DNA of 64,000 nt from contig CAWHXK010000060.1 of NCBI GenBank assembly GCA_963833255.1, positions 33,223-97,222 of the forward strand, given 5' to 3'. The notes below the pieces were generated by a model. It had not been told where the DNA came from. It saw only the letters and a list, made by a program, of their open reading frames with translations, and made no database searches. This DNA is from an uncultured Actinomycetes bacterium (lineage in GTDB: Bacteria > Actinomycetota > Thermoleophilia > Gaiellales > Gaiellaceae). Positions within the stretch are counted from its first letter, which is position 1, and the number at the start of each line of letters is the position of its first letter. The position numbers were made by a program, and so were the translations under genes. Shown here in pieces: positions 32,109 through 42,874 of the stretch.

Positions 32109-32459
32109 CTAGGCTTCCACCTCCTTCTCGAGCTTCGTGCCCGTTCTGTTGTGCGTGACGTTGTCGACCGTCGACGTCCACACCAGGCCGTCGCCGGATT
32201 CGTTGCCGCTGCGTGCCGAGTCCACGATCGCCTCGACGACCGCGTCGGCAAGATCGTCCTCGACGATGAACGTGAGGTGCGCCTTGGGCAGGAATCGCGA
32301 CTCGAAGATGCGCCCGCGGTACTCGTGGGTGACCCCCCGCTGACGCCCATGGCCGATCGCCTCGATCACCGTTACGCCGATATGTCCTGTCGCATGCTCG
32401 ACCGCGTCGATCACCGTCTCCACGCGCTCGCGGATCACCACCGCTTCGACCTTGATCAC
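32109..32459 (-). CDS. glnK: P-II family nitrogen regulatory protein
   Basis: P-II fold sequence with T-loop GHGRQRGVTHEYRGRIFESRFLPK. GTG overlaps the upstream stop (GTGA). Its TAG is immediately followed by the amt ATG. Confidence 0.8.
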   Translation of the reverse strand: MIKVEAVVIRERVETVIDAVEHATGHIGVTVIEAIGHGRQRGVTHEYRGRIFESRFLPKAHLTFIVEDDLADAVVEAIVDSARSGNESGDGLVWTSTVDNVTHNRTGTKLEKEVEA

Positions 32460-32996
32460 GAAATCACCTCACTTCGTCGCTCGAGGAACACGGTGTCCCG
32501 CCAGATCCCATCTCGTTTTGCAACGCGCTCTCGTGTTCCGACGACGCGGAACCCGCACCGCTCGTGCAGTGCCAGCGAGGCGCGGTTCTCCGGGAAGATC
32601 GACGTCTGGATCGTCCAGATCCCCGCGGCCTCCGCGCCTGCGATCAGCGCCTCCAGCAGCACCCGGCCGATCCCGAGGCCTCTCGCGCCTGAGCGCGACG
32701 TAGATGCTGTCCTCGACGACGCCGAGCGTAGCACCGCCGTGTCGACGCGGGCGACAGTGCCGCCCACGCCGACGACCTCGCCGAGTAGATCGGCGACGAG
32801 CCGGTGGCCCGCGCAGGTGCGTCGAATTCCAGGCTTCCCACGACGGCACCTCCGTCTGGAACGTCGCCAGTCCGTCGCGCATCCCCTCCCAGTAGATCTC
32901 CGAGACCGCCTGCCAGTCGTCGGGCTGCAGCGGCCGGAGCTCGACCGACGGTGGTTCGGCGAGCGTGTCCGCCGGTCGAGTCTCCAGCTCCGAGCA

Positions 32997-32997
<1 letters not shown>
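32456..32997 (-). pseudogene. GNAT acetyltransferase of the phosphinothricin / methionine-sulfoximine N-acetyltransferase type, at least 4 frame breaks
   Basis: PAT-like pieces (LRPLQPDDWQAVSEIYWEG, LVADLLGEVVGVG, VVEDSIYVAL, RGLGIGRVLLEALI, LHERCGFRVVG) alternate among all three frames. ATG overlaps the glnA stop (TGATG). Confidence 0.7.
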
Positions 32998-34442
<1,445 letters not shown>

Positions 34443-34467
34443 GCCGCTCCTTCCGAATCGGGACCAC

Positions 34468-34502
34468 AAAAAAAGAGCCCAGGACTCGCTGAGTCCTGAG
34501 GC
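34468..34502 (-). terminator. intrinsic-terminator-like hairpin inside the glnA 5' leader
   Basis: On the minus strand GCC(T)CAGGACT-CAGCG-AGTCCTGGGC is followed by TCTTTTTTT. It ends only about 25 nt before the glnA ATG. Confidence 0.55.
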
Positions 34503-34547
34503 TCCATTGCCTCGGCGCCCGCCTTCGGCGGCGGACGACCTGACTTC

Positions 34548-34577
34548 ACCCTAGTGGTCACGGCGGATGGAGGTCAA
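34548..34577 (-). promoter_or_regulatory. candidate sigma-A-type promoter for glnA
   Basis: On the minus strand: TTGACC (34577-34572), 18 nt, TAGGGT (34553-34548). The -35 element overlaps the stop codon of the WYL regulator gene. Confidence 0.3.
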
Positions 34578-35488
34578 GCCCCGTAGAGGGCGGCGACCTC
34601 GCCCGCGGCCGTTGCGACCCGCTCCCTCAGCTCGGCCGGCTCGAGCACCTCCGCGTCGGGACCGAACTTGAGCAGCTCGCGAAAGGCTTCGTCGAGGTTC
34701 TCGAAGCCCACGACGTAGACGCCGTCCTCGCCGTGAAGCTCAGCGGGGAGGAAGCGGCGAACGAGCTCGCTCGCGCGGATCTTCACCTCGACCTGCGGGC
34801 GTGACGCCTCGAAGCTCCGCGACCATTCGTCCCAGTACGACGCGAGCTCGAAGCCCTCCGGCCGCTCGAAGCCCTCCTCTCGCACCCGCACCGAGGCGAA
34901 GCGCGAGACGCGGTAGACGCGCATGCCGGCGCTGCGATGCGCGACGAGGTACCAGGCACCGCCCTTGAGCACGAGCCCGAGTGGATCGAGCGTGCGCTGC
35001 ACGACCCGGCTTCCCTCTCGATAACGCGCGCTCAGCCGCCGGCCCTGCCAGGTCGCGGCTGCGATCGTCGGCAGGTGCGGGACGGTGTCCTCGGCCCGGA
35101 ACCAGCCGCGGGTGTCCAGATGGAAGTACCGCTCCGCGCGGCTCGCCCGCTCCTGCAGGTCCGGCGGCAGCGCGGACAGGACCTTGAGACGGGCGTTCGT
35201 GAGCACACCGCCGAGGCCGAGCTCGGCCGCCGGCGCCGGCGCGACGAACAGAGCCTCCGCCTCGGCCGCCGTGAGCCCTGTGAGCTTCGTCCGGTAGCCA
35301 CCGGACAGCCGATAGCCGCCTGCGGGCCCCCGCAACGCCTCGACCGGAACACCGGCGGCTCCGAGCGACTCGACGTCGCGGTGAATCGTCCGGATCGAGA
35401 CGTCGAAGTGGGCAGCGAGCTCGGCCGCGGTGAGCTGCCCCCGCAGCTGCAGGAGAAGGAGGAGCGACACCAGGCGCGTTGCCCGCAT
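34574..35488 (-). CDS. HTH + WYL domain transcriptional regulator
   Basis: ATG 35488. N-terminal HTH (LTAAELAAHFDVSIRTIHRDVESL) and WYL region (GAWYLVAHRSAGMRVYRVSRF). Confidence 0.8.
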   Translation of the reverse strand: MRATRLVSLLLLLQLRGQLTAAELAAHFDVSIRTIHRDVESLGAAGVPVEALRGPAGGYRLSGGYRTKLTGLTAAEAEALFVAPAPAAELGLGGVLTNARLKVLSALPPDLQERASRAERYFHLDTRGWFRAEDTVPHLPTIAAATWQGRRLSARYREGSRVVQRTLDPLGLVLKGGAWYLVAHRSAGMRVYRVSRFASVRVREEGFERPEGFELASYWDEWSRSFEASRPQVEVKIRASELVRRFLPAELHGEDGVYVVGFENLDEAFRELLKFGPDAEVLEPAELRERVATAAGEVAALYGA

Positions 35489-35534
35489 CGAGCGGGAACA
35501 TACATGACAGAACCTGGCATGTATATGCCGTAGA

Positions 35535-35696
35535 CTCGCCGGCATGAGCGAAGACCCGAGGACAACCGAGGAGGCCAAATCGCCGGAGCTCGAGCGGGAG
35601 GAGCGCCGCCTCGAACGCCTCCGCCTCGTCGCGCAAGTCTGGGCGCCCGACGAGCGTTACGACGATCCCGATCCGGATCCACCGGCCGCCGCTTGA
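35535..35696 (+). CDS. possible 53-aa acidic small ORF
   Basis: ATG 35535 to TGA 35694-35696 (MSEDPRTTEEAKSPELEREERRLERL...). Divergent from the WYL gene, and its stop overlaps the TTG start of the cupin gene. Below the ORF-track size cutoff and has no homology support. Confidence 0.2.
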   Translation, partial: LAGMSEDPRTTEEAKSPELEREERRLERLRLVAQVWAPDERYDDPDPDPPAAA

Positions 35697-36139
35697 CGAA
35701 CGTCTTCCGCAGCGAGTGGGATGCAACCGACGACTGGTCGGGCGGCGGAGCGAAGTCGAAGCGTCTCGTCGAGCGCGGGACGCAGCTCGGCGCGAGCCTC
35801 TACGAGCTCGGGCCGGGCAACTCAGTCGTCTACCACTTCCATCACGGCTCAGAGGAGCTGCTGATCGTGCTGAGCGGACGCCCCACACTCCGCACACCGG
35901 AGGGCGAGCGTCAGATCGCCGAGGGCGAAGTCGTGCACTTCCCGCTCGGGCCCGACGGCGCGCACGGCTTGCGCAACGACAGCGAGGACGTCGTCCGCTT
36001 TGTCGTCGCCGGCATTCGTGTCTCACCCGAGGTCGTCGAGTATCCGGACGTCGACAAGATCACCGCGCAGGCACGAACCAGCTCGCAGAGCGGCGAGCCG
36101 CTCTTCGTGATCCACGACCTCGACCAGAGCAACGCTTGA
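35693..36139 (+). CDS. cupin domain protein
   Basis: Cupin motifs VVYHFHHGSEELLIVLSG and GEVVHFPLGPDGAHGLRN. Confidence 0.7.
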   Translation: MTNVFRSEWDATDDWSGGGAKSKRLVERGTQLGASLYELGPGNSVVYHFHHGSEELLIVLSGRPTLRTPEGERQIAEGEVVHFPLGPDGAHGLRNDSEDVVRFVVAGIRVSPEVVEYPDVDKITAQARTSSQSGEPLFVIHDLDQSNA

Positions 36140-36263
36140 CACGGCTGCTACGGTCTTTGTCGATGCTGCTCCACTTCGGCTGATTCCGCACGTCCCGTGC
36201 GCCGCCTGCGCTAGCAGGTGTCTTGCGCGTACCCGTGTTCCGCCGAATTCGTAGGAGCCTCAC

Positions 36264-37086
36264 ATGTTCGCAGTAGAAGTCGACAACTTGCGCAAGGAGT
36301 TCTTCCGCCGCGATGCGACGCGGACCCACCTGCGCAAGAGGCGGAAGCGCGTCGCGGCGCTCGAGGACGTGACCTTCACGATGGAGCGCGGCGAGTGCGT
36401 CGCCATCCTGGGCCAGAACGGCTCGGGCAAGTCAACGCTGGTCCGGCTGCTCTCGACGCTGCTCCTGCCGGATGCGGGCAGCGCGACGGATCTTCGGGCA
36501 CGACGTCGTCAAGGAGTCGCGCGCCGTGCAGCGGCTCGTCAACCGCGTCTCGGTTGAGGCCTCGTTCTTCAAGAAGATGTCGTCGGAGGAGAACCTCTCC
36601 TACGCGGCGAGGTTCTACGGCATCCCGCCGAGCGCGACGAAGAAGTCATCCCGAAGATCCTGGAGCGCGTCGGCTTCCCGATCGGACCGCCGGCACGAGG
36701 GCGATGGAGAACCTGTCCCGCGGAATGCAGCAGAAGGTCGCGCTCGCACGCGCGCTGCTCACCTCACCCGTCCTGCTGCTGCTCGACGAGCCGACGACCG
36801 GGCTCGATCCGCGCTCGAAGCTCGAGGTGCAGGAATTCATCCGTGAAGTCGGAGGACGCACGACGCGACGATCCTGCTCTGCACGCACGACCTCCGCGAG
36901 GCAGAGGTGCTCGCGGACCGTGTCGGCATCCTCGACCGCGGCAAGCTGATCGCACTCGCTCCGGCGGAGCGTAGCTGAAGGAGCAGTACAGAGGCGGAGA
37001 CGCTCGAGGACGCTTTCTTCTCGGCAACCGGCCGGACGTTCGAGGACGAGAAGGACGAGGACGCAGAAAGGGGTGTGTTCGCATGA
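36264..37086 (+). pseudogene. ABC transporter ATP-binding protein, about 6 frame breaks
   Basis: Walker [10 protein letters not shown], signature [15 protein letters not shown], Walker [13 protein letters not shown] and H-loop ILLCTHD are distributed over all three frames. Breaks lie near 36480, 36635, 36685, 36850, 36970 and 36995. Confidence 0.8.
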
Positions 37087-37141
37087 GCGATCGTCCCGGG
37101 CCCAGCTCGTCGCTGCGCCACGAGGCATCGCCTTCGCGGGC

Positions 37142-37929
37142 ATGGTCGAGCGCAACTGGTACCTGATCAAGCGCTACGGTTGGTGGGAGATCGCGTTCTT
37201 CTTCTGGTCGGCTGCGAACACGCTCACGATCGTCTTCATCGCGAAGGGGATCGAGGCCGCCGGCGGCCAGATCGACATCAACCGCGCGACGACGATCGCT
37301 GCTGATCGGCGCGGTGATCTGGTCGTACCTCGGCCTCGTCTTCGAGTTCATGACCGAGACGGTCGCGTGGGAGCGCTGGGAGGGGACGATCGAGTACACG
37401 TTCATGGCGCCGATCCCCGCGCGGTGCACCTGCTCGGCGTCGGCATCTTCGCCGTCGCTCTACGGCATCTTCGCAGCGCGGTCCTCTTCGTCGTCATCGC
37501 GCTGTTGTTCGGCCTGCACATGCCGAACGCGAACTTCCTCGCGGCGGCGTTCGTGCTGATCGCCGTCGCGTCGGTCTCGTTCGTCGGGATCGGGACGATG
37601 ACCGCCGTCCTTCCCCTGATCTCCCCGGAGAAGGGGACGCAGTTCGGCTTCGTCGCGCAAGGGCTGATGCTCGTCGTGTCCGGCGTCTACTACCCGGTCT
37701 CGGTGCTGCCCGACTGGATGCAGTGGCTGTCGAAGATCTCACCGGCGACGTACGCGCTGCGCGGCGAGCGGTAGGCGATCCTCGACGGTGCGAGCGTCAG
37801 TGCCGTCGTGGGGCGACATCTGGCCGCTGGTGATCATCGGCGTCATCGCGTTGCCGCTCGGCATCTGGGTCTTCAAGCCGCGGCGAGATGCACGCGAAGA
37901 AGCACGGCAAGTTGAAGCGGTCCGGCTAG
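37142..37929 (+). pseudogene. ABC-2 type transporter permease, several frame breaks plus in-frame TAG
   Basis: Hydrophobic ABC-2-like segments alternate between frames (breaks near 37300, 37425, 37800, 37877). TAG 37772-37774 lies between ALRGER and AILDGASV. The start at ATG 37142 is provisional. Confidence 0.7.
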
Positions 37930-37930
37930 C

Positions 37931-38779
37931 TCAAGCGATCAGGTTGAGGCAGGCGCGCAGGCCCTCCCGCCAGTGCGGTAGGGCCGGCGCCGCCTTCTCG
38001 CTTCGCAGCACCGAGTACGCCGGCCGGGCGGCCGGGCGGCCGAGCTCTGCGCTCGAGATCCGGCGCACACGCGTGTCGAGGCCCGCTTCTTCGAAGATCG
38101 CCTCGGCGAATTCCGCCCACGTCGCCTCGCCCTCCGCTGCGAGGTGCCAGATCCCGAAGGGCCGGTCGAGGAGCTCACGCGTCGCTCGCGCGAGGTGGCC
38201 CACGTAGGTCGGTGACGTGCGTTGGTCGTCCACGACCGCGACCTCATCCCGTTCGCGCGCCAGGTCGAGCATCGCCCGCACGAAGTTCTTCCCGGTCGGG
38301 CCGTAGAGCCCGGAGCTGCGAACGATCCACGCGCTGTCGCCGGCGGCGCCCTCGCCGTACACCTTTGTGCGACCGTAGGCCGAGAGCGGATTCGGCGGGT
38401 CGGACTCGACGTACGGCTCACCCTTGCGGCCGTCGAAGACGTAGTCGGTCGAGAAGTACACGAGGGGAACACCCAGCTCCGCCACGTGCCGCGTGCCGCC
38501 GACGTTGACCGCGGCAGCCTCCTGTGGGTCGTCTTCCGCGCCGTCGACGTCAGTCCAGGCCGCCGCGTGGAGCACGACGTCAGGTGGCTCGAGCGGCGGC
38601 GGCGGAAACGTCACGTCCCACTCCGCACGACTCAGTGCAACCGCACCGGGAAACTCGGTCGCCAGCGCGCGGCCGAGCTGGCCGCCGGCCCCGGTGATCA
38701 GGATTCGCTGGTCTGGTCTCGTTCGGACAGGGTCGGCGATGTCGTGCTCCAGAGATGGGCCACACGCGGGTCGTCCCAC
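37931..38779 (-). CDS. rmlD: dTDP-4-dehydrorhamnose reductase
   Basis: ILITGAGGQLG Rossmann motif and the YGRTK catalytic motif. The only canonical in-frame start is ATG 38779, which overlaps the upstream gene by 82 nt. The true start may be nearer 38715. Confidence 0.8.
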   Translation of the reverse strand: MGRPACGPSLEHDIADPVRTRPDQRILITGAGGQLGRALATEFPGAVALSRAEWDVTFPPPPLEPPDVVLHAAAWTDVDGAEDDPQEAAAVNVGGTRHVAELGVPLVYFSTDYVFDGRKGEPYVESDPPNPLSAYGRTKVYGEGAAGDSAWIVRSSGLYGPTGKNFVRAMLDLARERDEVAVVDDQRTSPTYVGHLARATRELLDRPFGIWHLAAEGEATWAEFAEAIFEEAGLDTRVRRISSAELGRPAARPAYSVLRSEKAAPALPHWREGLRACLNLIA

Positions 38780-39873
38780 GGCAGCTGGTGCTCATCGGGA
38801 TCGGCCGGGTCGTACTCCTCGGTGACGTGGTAGAGCATCAGCACGTCGGTCAACGCCTCGAAGCCGTGCGCGAGATTGCCGGGCACGTAGACCGCCGCGA
38901 AGTTGCCGTCCCCGATGTCCTCGGTGAACGTCTCGCCCGTGTCACGGTCGAGCGCCACGACGCGCGCCTTGCCCTGCAGGCACACGAAGAGGTCGTCCTG
39001 CCCGCGCTCGTGGTAGTGCAGCCCGCGAATCGTCCCTTGGCGCGAGAAGGAGACGTTCGTCTGCCGGATCGGCTTCGGCAGGAGGCTCGTGCGGGCGATC
39101 TCCGTCAGCCAGCCACGCTCGTCCTCGAAGCGACGCAGTGGAGTCGGCCGCAGGCGATCGGACGTGAAATGGGGCCTCCGCACGCGTTCGATCACCTCGT
39201 AGTACGCGTCGATCGACTCGCCGGCGTCGCCCCAGTAGCCCTCGAAGACGTCGAACTCGAGCGTCCCCGTGCGGACGTAATGGTTGTTCACGTCGGTGAT
39301 CTCCAGCTCCCCACGTCCGGAGGGCTCGAGCTCGGCGATGACGTCGAACACGTCCGGCCCGTAGCAGTAGAGCCCGGTGACGGCAAAGAGTCCTGGAGGA
39401 TCCACCGGCTTCTCGACGATTTCCGCGATCCGCCCGTCCTCGATGCGCGGCACGCCCAGGTGGCGCAGGTGCTCCGTCTCCCGAACGTGCGCCAGGAGAA
39501 CGCGGGCGCCCTCTCGTTGCTCCCCGAAGTTCCGGATGGTCTGGGTGATCGGGCCGCCGAAGATGTTGTCGGCGAGCATGACGACGACCCGCTCGCCGGC
39601 GCTGAAGTCCCGGGCGAGCCCGAGCGCTTCGGCGATGCCGCCGGCGCGCTCCTGCTTGCCGTACGCGAGTCCGTCGCCAAGCAGGCCGTGGAAATCCTTC
39701 ACGTGGTCGCCGCCCGTGACGACCATCAGCTCCGTGACACCGGCCTCACGGAGCGCGTCGATCGCGTGCATGACCATCGGGCGGTCGTCTACCGGCAGGA
39801 GGTGCTTGTTCGTGATCCGGGTGAGCGGATCGAGACGCGAGCCGGTTCCACCGGCGAGGACGACGCCTTTCAT
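38698..39873 (-). CDS. fused sugar-1-phosphate nucleotidyltransferase (RmlA-like) / dTDP-4-dehydrorhamnose 3,5-epimerase (RmlC-like)
   Basis: N-terminus MKGVVLAGGTGSRLDPLT (NTP-transferase). The C-terminal ~150 aa carry FEDERGWLTE...IRGLHYHERGQDDLFVCLQG...AHGFEAL (RmlC cupin). One uninterrupted frame. Confidence 0.8.
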   Translation of the reverse strand: MKGVVLAGGTGSRLDPLTRITNKHLLPVDDRPMVMHAIDALREAGVTELMVVTGGDHVKDFHGLLGDGLAYGKQERAGGIAEALGLARDFSAGERVVVMLADNIFGGPITQTIRNFGEQREGARVLLAHVRETEHLRHLGVPRIEDGRIAEIVEKPVDPPGLFAVTGLYCYGPDVFDVIAELEPSGRGELEITDVNNHYVRTGTLEFDVFEGYWGDAGESIDAYYEVIERVRRPHFTSDRLRPTPLRRFEDERGWLTEIARTSLLPKPIRQTNVSFSRQGTIRGLHYHERGQDDLFVCLQGKARVVALDRDTGETFTEDIGDGNFAAVYVPGNLAHGFEALTDVLMLYHVTEEYDPADPDEHQLPWDDPRVAHLWSTTSPTLSERDQTSES

Positions 39874-39986
39874 GGCGGAGGCGATGCTAGTGCCCTGCGC
39901 CCGCCCGGGCGGGCGGGAAGCCACTACCGGCCACTAGCGGGCCCGCGCACGTCTCAACCCCCGCCTCCCGGGGTACCCTGAGCACG

Positions 39987-40427
39987 GTGGAAAAGCGCCG
40001 ACGCGAACTGGAAAACGCCGCCGAGGAGATCGAGCAGCTCTTCGCCGACCTCTGGCAGGTCTTCCCATTCTCACGTGGGATGCGGCGCGGTTACAGGCCC
40101 GAGGCCGACGTCTACCGCACGGAAGACCCATCCGCCCTGACCGTCGTCGTCGAGCTGCCCGGGGTCGACCCGAACGAGGTCAAGGTGATCGCATCGCCCC
40201 AGGCGCTCCTGATCGCCGGTGAGCGCCGGCGCCCCAAGGATTGCGGGCAGTACCAGCAGCTGGAGATCGAGTACGGCCCGTTCCAGCGCCAGGTGACGCT
40301 CGCCGAAGACGTCGACCCGGAGCAGGCAACGGCGACGTACGAGCGCGGCTTCCTCACGATCAAGCTGCCCATTGCTCCGAAGCCCGCCCCCGCCGAGCGC
40401 ATCGCGATCGTGGTGACGTCCCGATGA
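39987..40427 (+). CDS. Hsp20/alpha-crystallin small heat-shock protein
   Basis: Alpha-crystallin domain (VYRTEDPSALTVVVELPGVDPNEVKV...YGPFQRQVTL...GFLTIKLP). GTG start. Confidence 0.85.
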   Translation: MEKRRRELENAAEEIEQLFADLWQVFPFSRGMRRGYRPEADVYRTEDPSALTVVVELPGVDPNEVKVIASPQALLIAGERRRPKDCGQYQQLEIEYGPFQRQVTLAEDVDPEQATATYERGFLTIKLPIAPKPAPAERIAIVVTSR

Positions 40428-42874
40428 GCGACGTGCTGACGGACACGCTGAGCGAGGAGCGCCAGGAAGAGATCGTCTTTCCCGCGACGCTGCCGGTCTT
40501 GCCGCTGAAGGACACGGTCGTCTTCCCGGAGGCCGTGACGCCACTCGCGATCGGACAGGAGCGCTCGATCAAGCTCGTCGAGGACGTCGTCTCCGGCGAC
40601 CGCCTGCTCGCGCTCGTCACCGTGAAGGACCCCGAGGCCGACCAGCCCGGGTGGGACGACCTCTACGAGGTCGGCACCGCCGCGGTCATCCACAAGATGA
40701 TCAAGGTTCCCGACGGGACGCTGCGCATCCTCGTCCAGGGACTCAAACGCAGCAAGCTCGACCGCCAGGTGCAGACCGATCCGTATCTCGTCGGCGAGTT
40801 CGTCGAGTTGCCGGACGAGGTGCCCGAGACCCCTGAGGTCGAAGCGCTCACGCGCAACGTCCAGAACCTCTTCGCCCGCGTCATCGGCCTCGTTCCCTAC
40901 CTCCCCGAAGAGCTGCAGATCGCTGCGGCGAACGTCGACGATCCGAGCGCGCTCTGCAATCTCGTCGCCTCGACGCTGCGCCTGAAGACCGACGAGAAGC
41001 AGCGTCTGCTCGAGCTCACGAACGTCGAAACGCGGCTGCGAGAGGTCTCGGCGATCCTGAACCGCGAGCTCGAGGTGTTCGAGCTCGGCTCGAAGATCCA
41101 GTCGCAGGTCCAGGAAGAGATGGAAAAGGGTCAGCGCGAATTCTTCCTGCGCCAGCAGATGAAGGCGATTCAGGACGAGCTCGGCGAGAGCGACCCCGAA
41201 GCGGCGGAGCTCGCCGAGCTGCGGTCGACCTTCGAGGCAATGGAGCTGCCGGAGGACGTGCGCAAGGTCGTCGACCGTGAGCTTGGGCGGCTCGAAAGGC
41301 TCCCGACGGCCGCGGCGGAGTACGGCGTCATCCGGACGTACCTGGACTGGATCGCCTCGCTCCCCTGGGACAAGACGACGGTGGACAACCTCGACCTCGA
41401 CAACGCGAAGGCGGTGCTCGACGAGGACCACTTCGACCTCGAGAAGGTGAAGGAGCGGATCCTCGAGCACCTCGCGGTCTCGAAGCTGAAGAACGACACC
41501 TCCGGGCCGATCCTCTGCTTCGTCGGTCCGCCCGGCGTCGGCAAGACGTCGCTCGGACAGTCGATCGCACGCGCACTCGGGCGAAAGTTCGCCCGGCTCT
41601 CCGTCGGCGGTGTGCGCGACGAGTCGGAGATCCGCGGCCACCGCCGCACGTACATCGGCGCGATGCCGGGCACGATCATCCGCCACCTGCGCGACGCAGA
41701 GTCGATGAATCCGGTGATGCTGATCGACGAGATCGACAAGATGGGCGCGGACTACCGGGGGGATCCGGCGAGCGCGATGCTCGAGGTCCTCGACCCGGAG
41801 CAGAACAAGAACTTCCGCGACCACTACCTCGACCTGCCGTTCGACCTCTCGAAGACGCTCTTCATCTGCACGGCGAACACGCTCGACACGATCCCGTCGC
41901 CGCTACTCGATCGCATGGACGTCATCTCGCTGTCGGGCTACACCGAGGACGAGAAGTTCGGCATCGCGAAGCGCTATCTCGTCCCGAAGCAGCTCGAGGC
42001 GCACGGGCTCGACCTCGAACAGATCTCGTTCTCGGACCGGGCACTGCGGCTGATCATCCGCGCCTACACGCGAGAAGCGGGTGTCCGAAACCTCGAACGC
42101 CGGCTCGGCGACGTACTGCGGAAGGCTGCGCGACAGATCGCCGAGGGCAAGCTGCGCGCCAAGAAGCTCCGCATCGACGAGCGTCGCGTGCGGTCCTGGC
42201 TCGGCCCGCGGCGCTACGAAGGCGAGGTACGCAAGCGCACCTCCGAGCCGGGAGTCGCCACTGGTCTCGCATTCACCGCGGTCGGCGGTGACGTGCTGTT
42301 CTTCGAGGCGACGGCGTATCCGGGCAAGGGAAAGCTGACGATCACCGGCCAGCTCGGCGACGTGATGCAGGAGTCGGCGCAGGCGGCGCTGTCGTGGGTG
42401 CGCGCGCATACCCAGCAGCTGGGCCTCGACCCGACCTGGTTCCAGGAGCACGACATCCACCTCCACGTTCCAGCGGGCGCGGTCCCGAAGGACGGGCCCT
42501 CCGCCGGGATCACGATGGCGACTGCAATCGCGTCGCTCGTCCGCAACCAGCCCGTCTCCGAAGACGTCGGGATGACCGGCGAGATCACGCTCACCGGCCA
42601 GGTGCTCCCGATCGGCGGCATTCGCGAGAAGTCGCTCGCCGCGCAGCGTGCGGGCCTCAAGCGAATCATCGTTCCGCGCGACAACGAGCCCGATCTGGCG
42701 GAGCTACCCCCCGAGACGAAGAAGGAGCTCGAGTTCGTCCTCGTCGACACGATCGACGAGGTCTTCGAGGCCGCTTTCGACGGTAAGGGCACCGGCCGTC
42801 CGAGCGAGCGTCAGGTCAACCTGAAGGTCGCGAGCAGCCCGTCGCAGGCACGCGTGTCGCCGCCGCGTTCGTAG
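40424..42874 (+). CDS. lon: ATP-dependent Lon protease (LonA)
   Basis: LON N-domain, Walker A GPPGVGKTS, protease site KDGPSAGITMATA. ATG 40424 overlaps the hsp20 stop (ATGA). Confidence 0.95.
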   Translation: MSDVLTDTLSEERQEEIVFPATLPVLPLKDTVVFPEAVTPLAIGQERSIKLVEDVVSGDRLLALVTVKDPEADQPGWDDLYEVGTAAVIHKMIKVPDGTLRILVQGLKRSKLDRQVQTDPYLVGEFVELPDEVPETPEVEALTRNVQNLFARVIGLVPYLPEELQIAAANVDDPSALCNLVASTLRLKTDEKQRLLELTNVETRLREVSAILNRELEVFELGSKIQSQVQEEMEKGQREFFLRQQMKAIQDELGESDPEAAELAELRSTFEAMELPEDVRKVVDRELGRLERLPTAAAEYGVIRTYLDWIASLPWDKTTVDNLDLDNAKAVLDEDHFDLEKVKERILEHLAVSKLKNDTSGPILCFVGPPGVGKTSLGQSIARALGRKFARLSVGGVRDESEIRGHRRTYIGAMPGTIIRHLRDAESMNPVMLIDEIDKMGADYRGDPASAMLEVLDPEQNKNFRDHYLDLPFDLSKTLFICTANTLDTIPSPLLDRMDVISLSGYTEDEKFGIAKRYLVPKQLEAHGLDLEQISFSDRALRLIIRAYTREAGVRNLERRLGDVLRKAARQIAEGKLRAKKLRIDERRVRSWLGPRRYEGEVRKRTSEPGVATGLAFTAVGGDVLFFEATAYPGKGKLTITGQLGDVMQESAQAALSWVRAHTQQLGLDPTWFQEHDIHLHVPAGAVPKDGPSAGITMATAIASLVRNQPVSEDVGMTGEITLTGQVLPIGGIREKSLAAQRAGLKRIIVPRDNEPDLAELPPETKKELEFVLVDTIDEVFEAAFDGKGTGRPSERQVNLKVASSPSQARVSPPRS

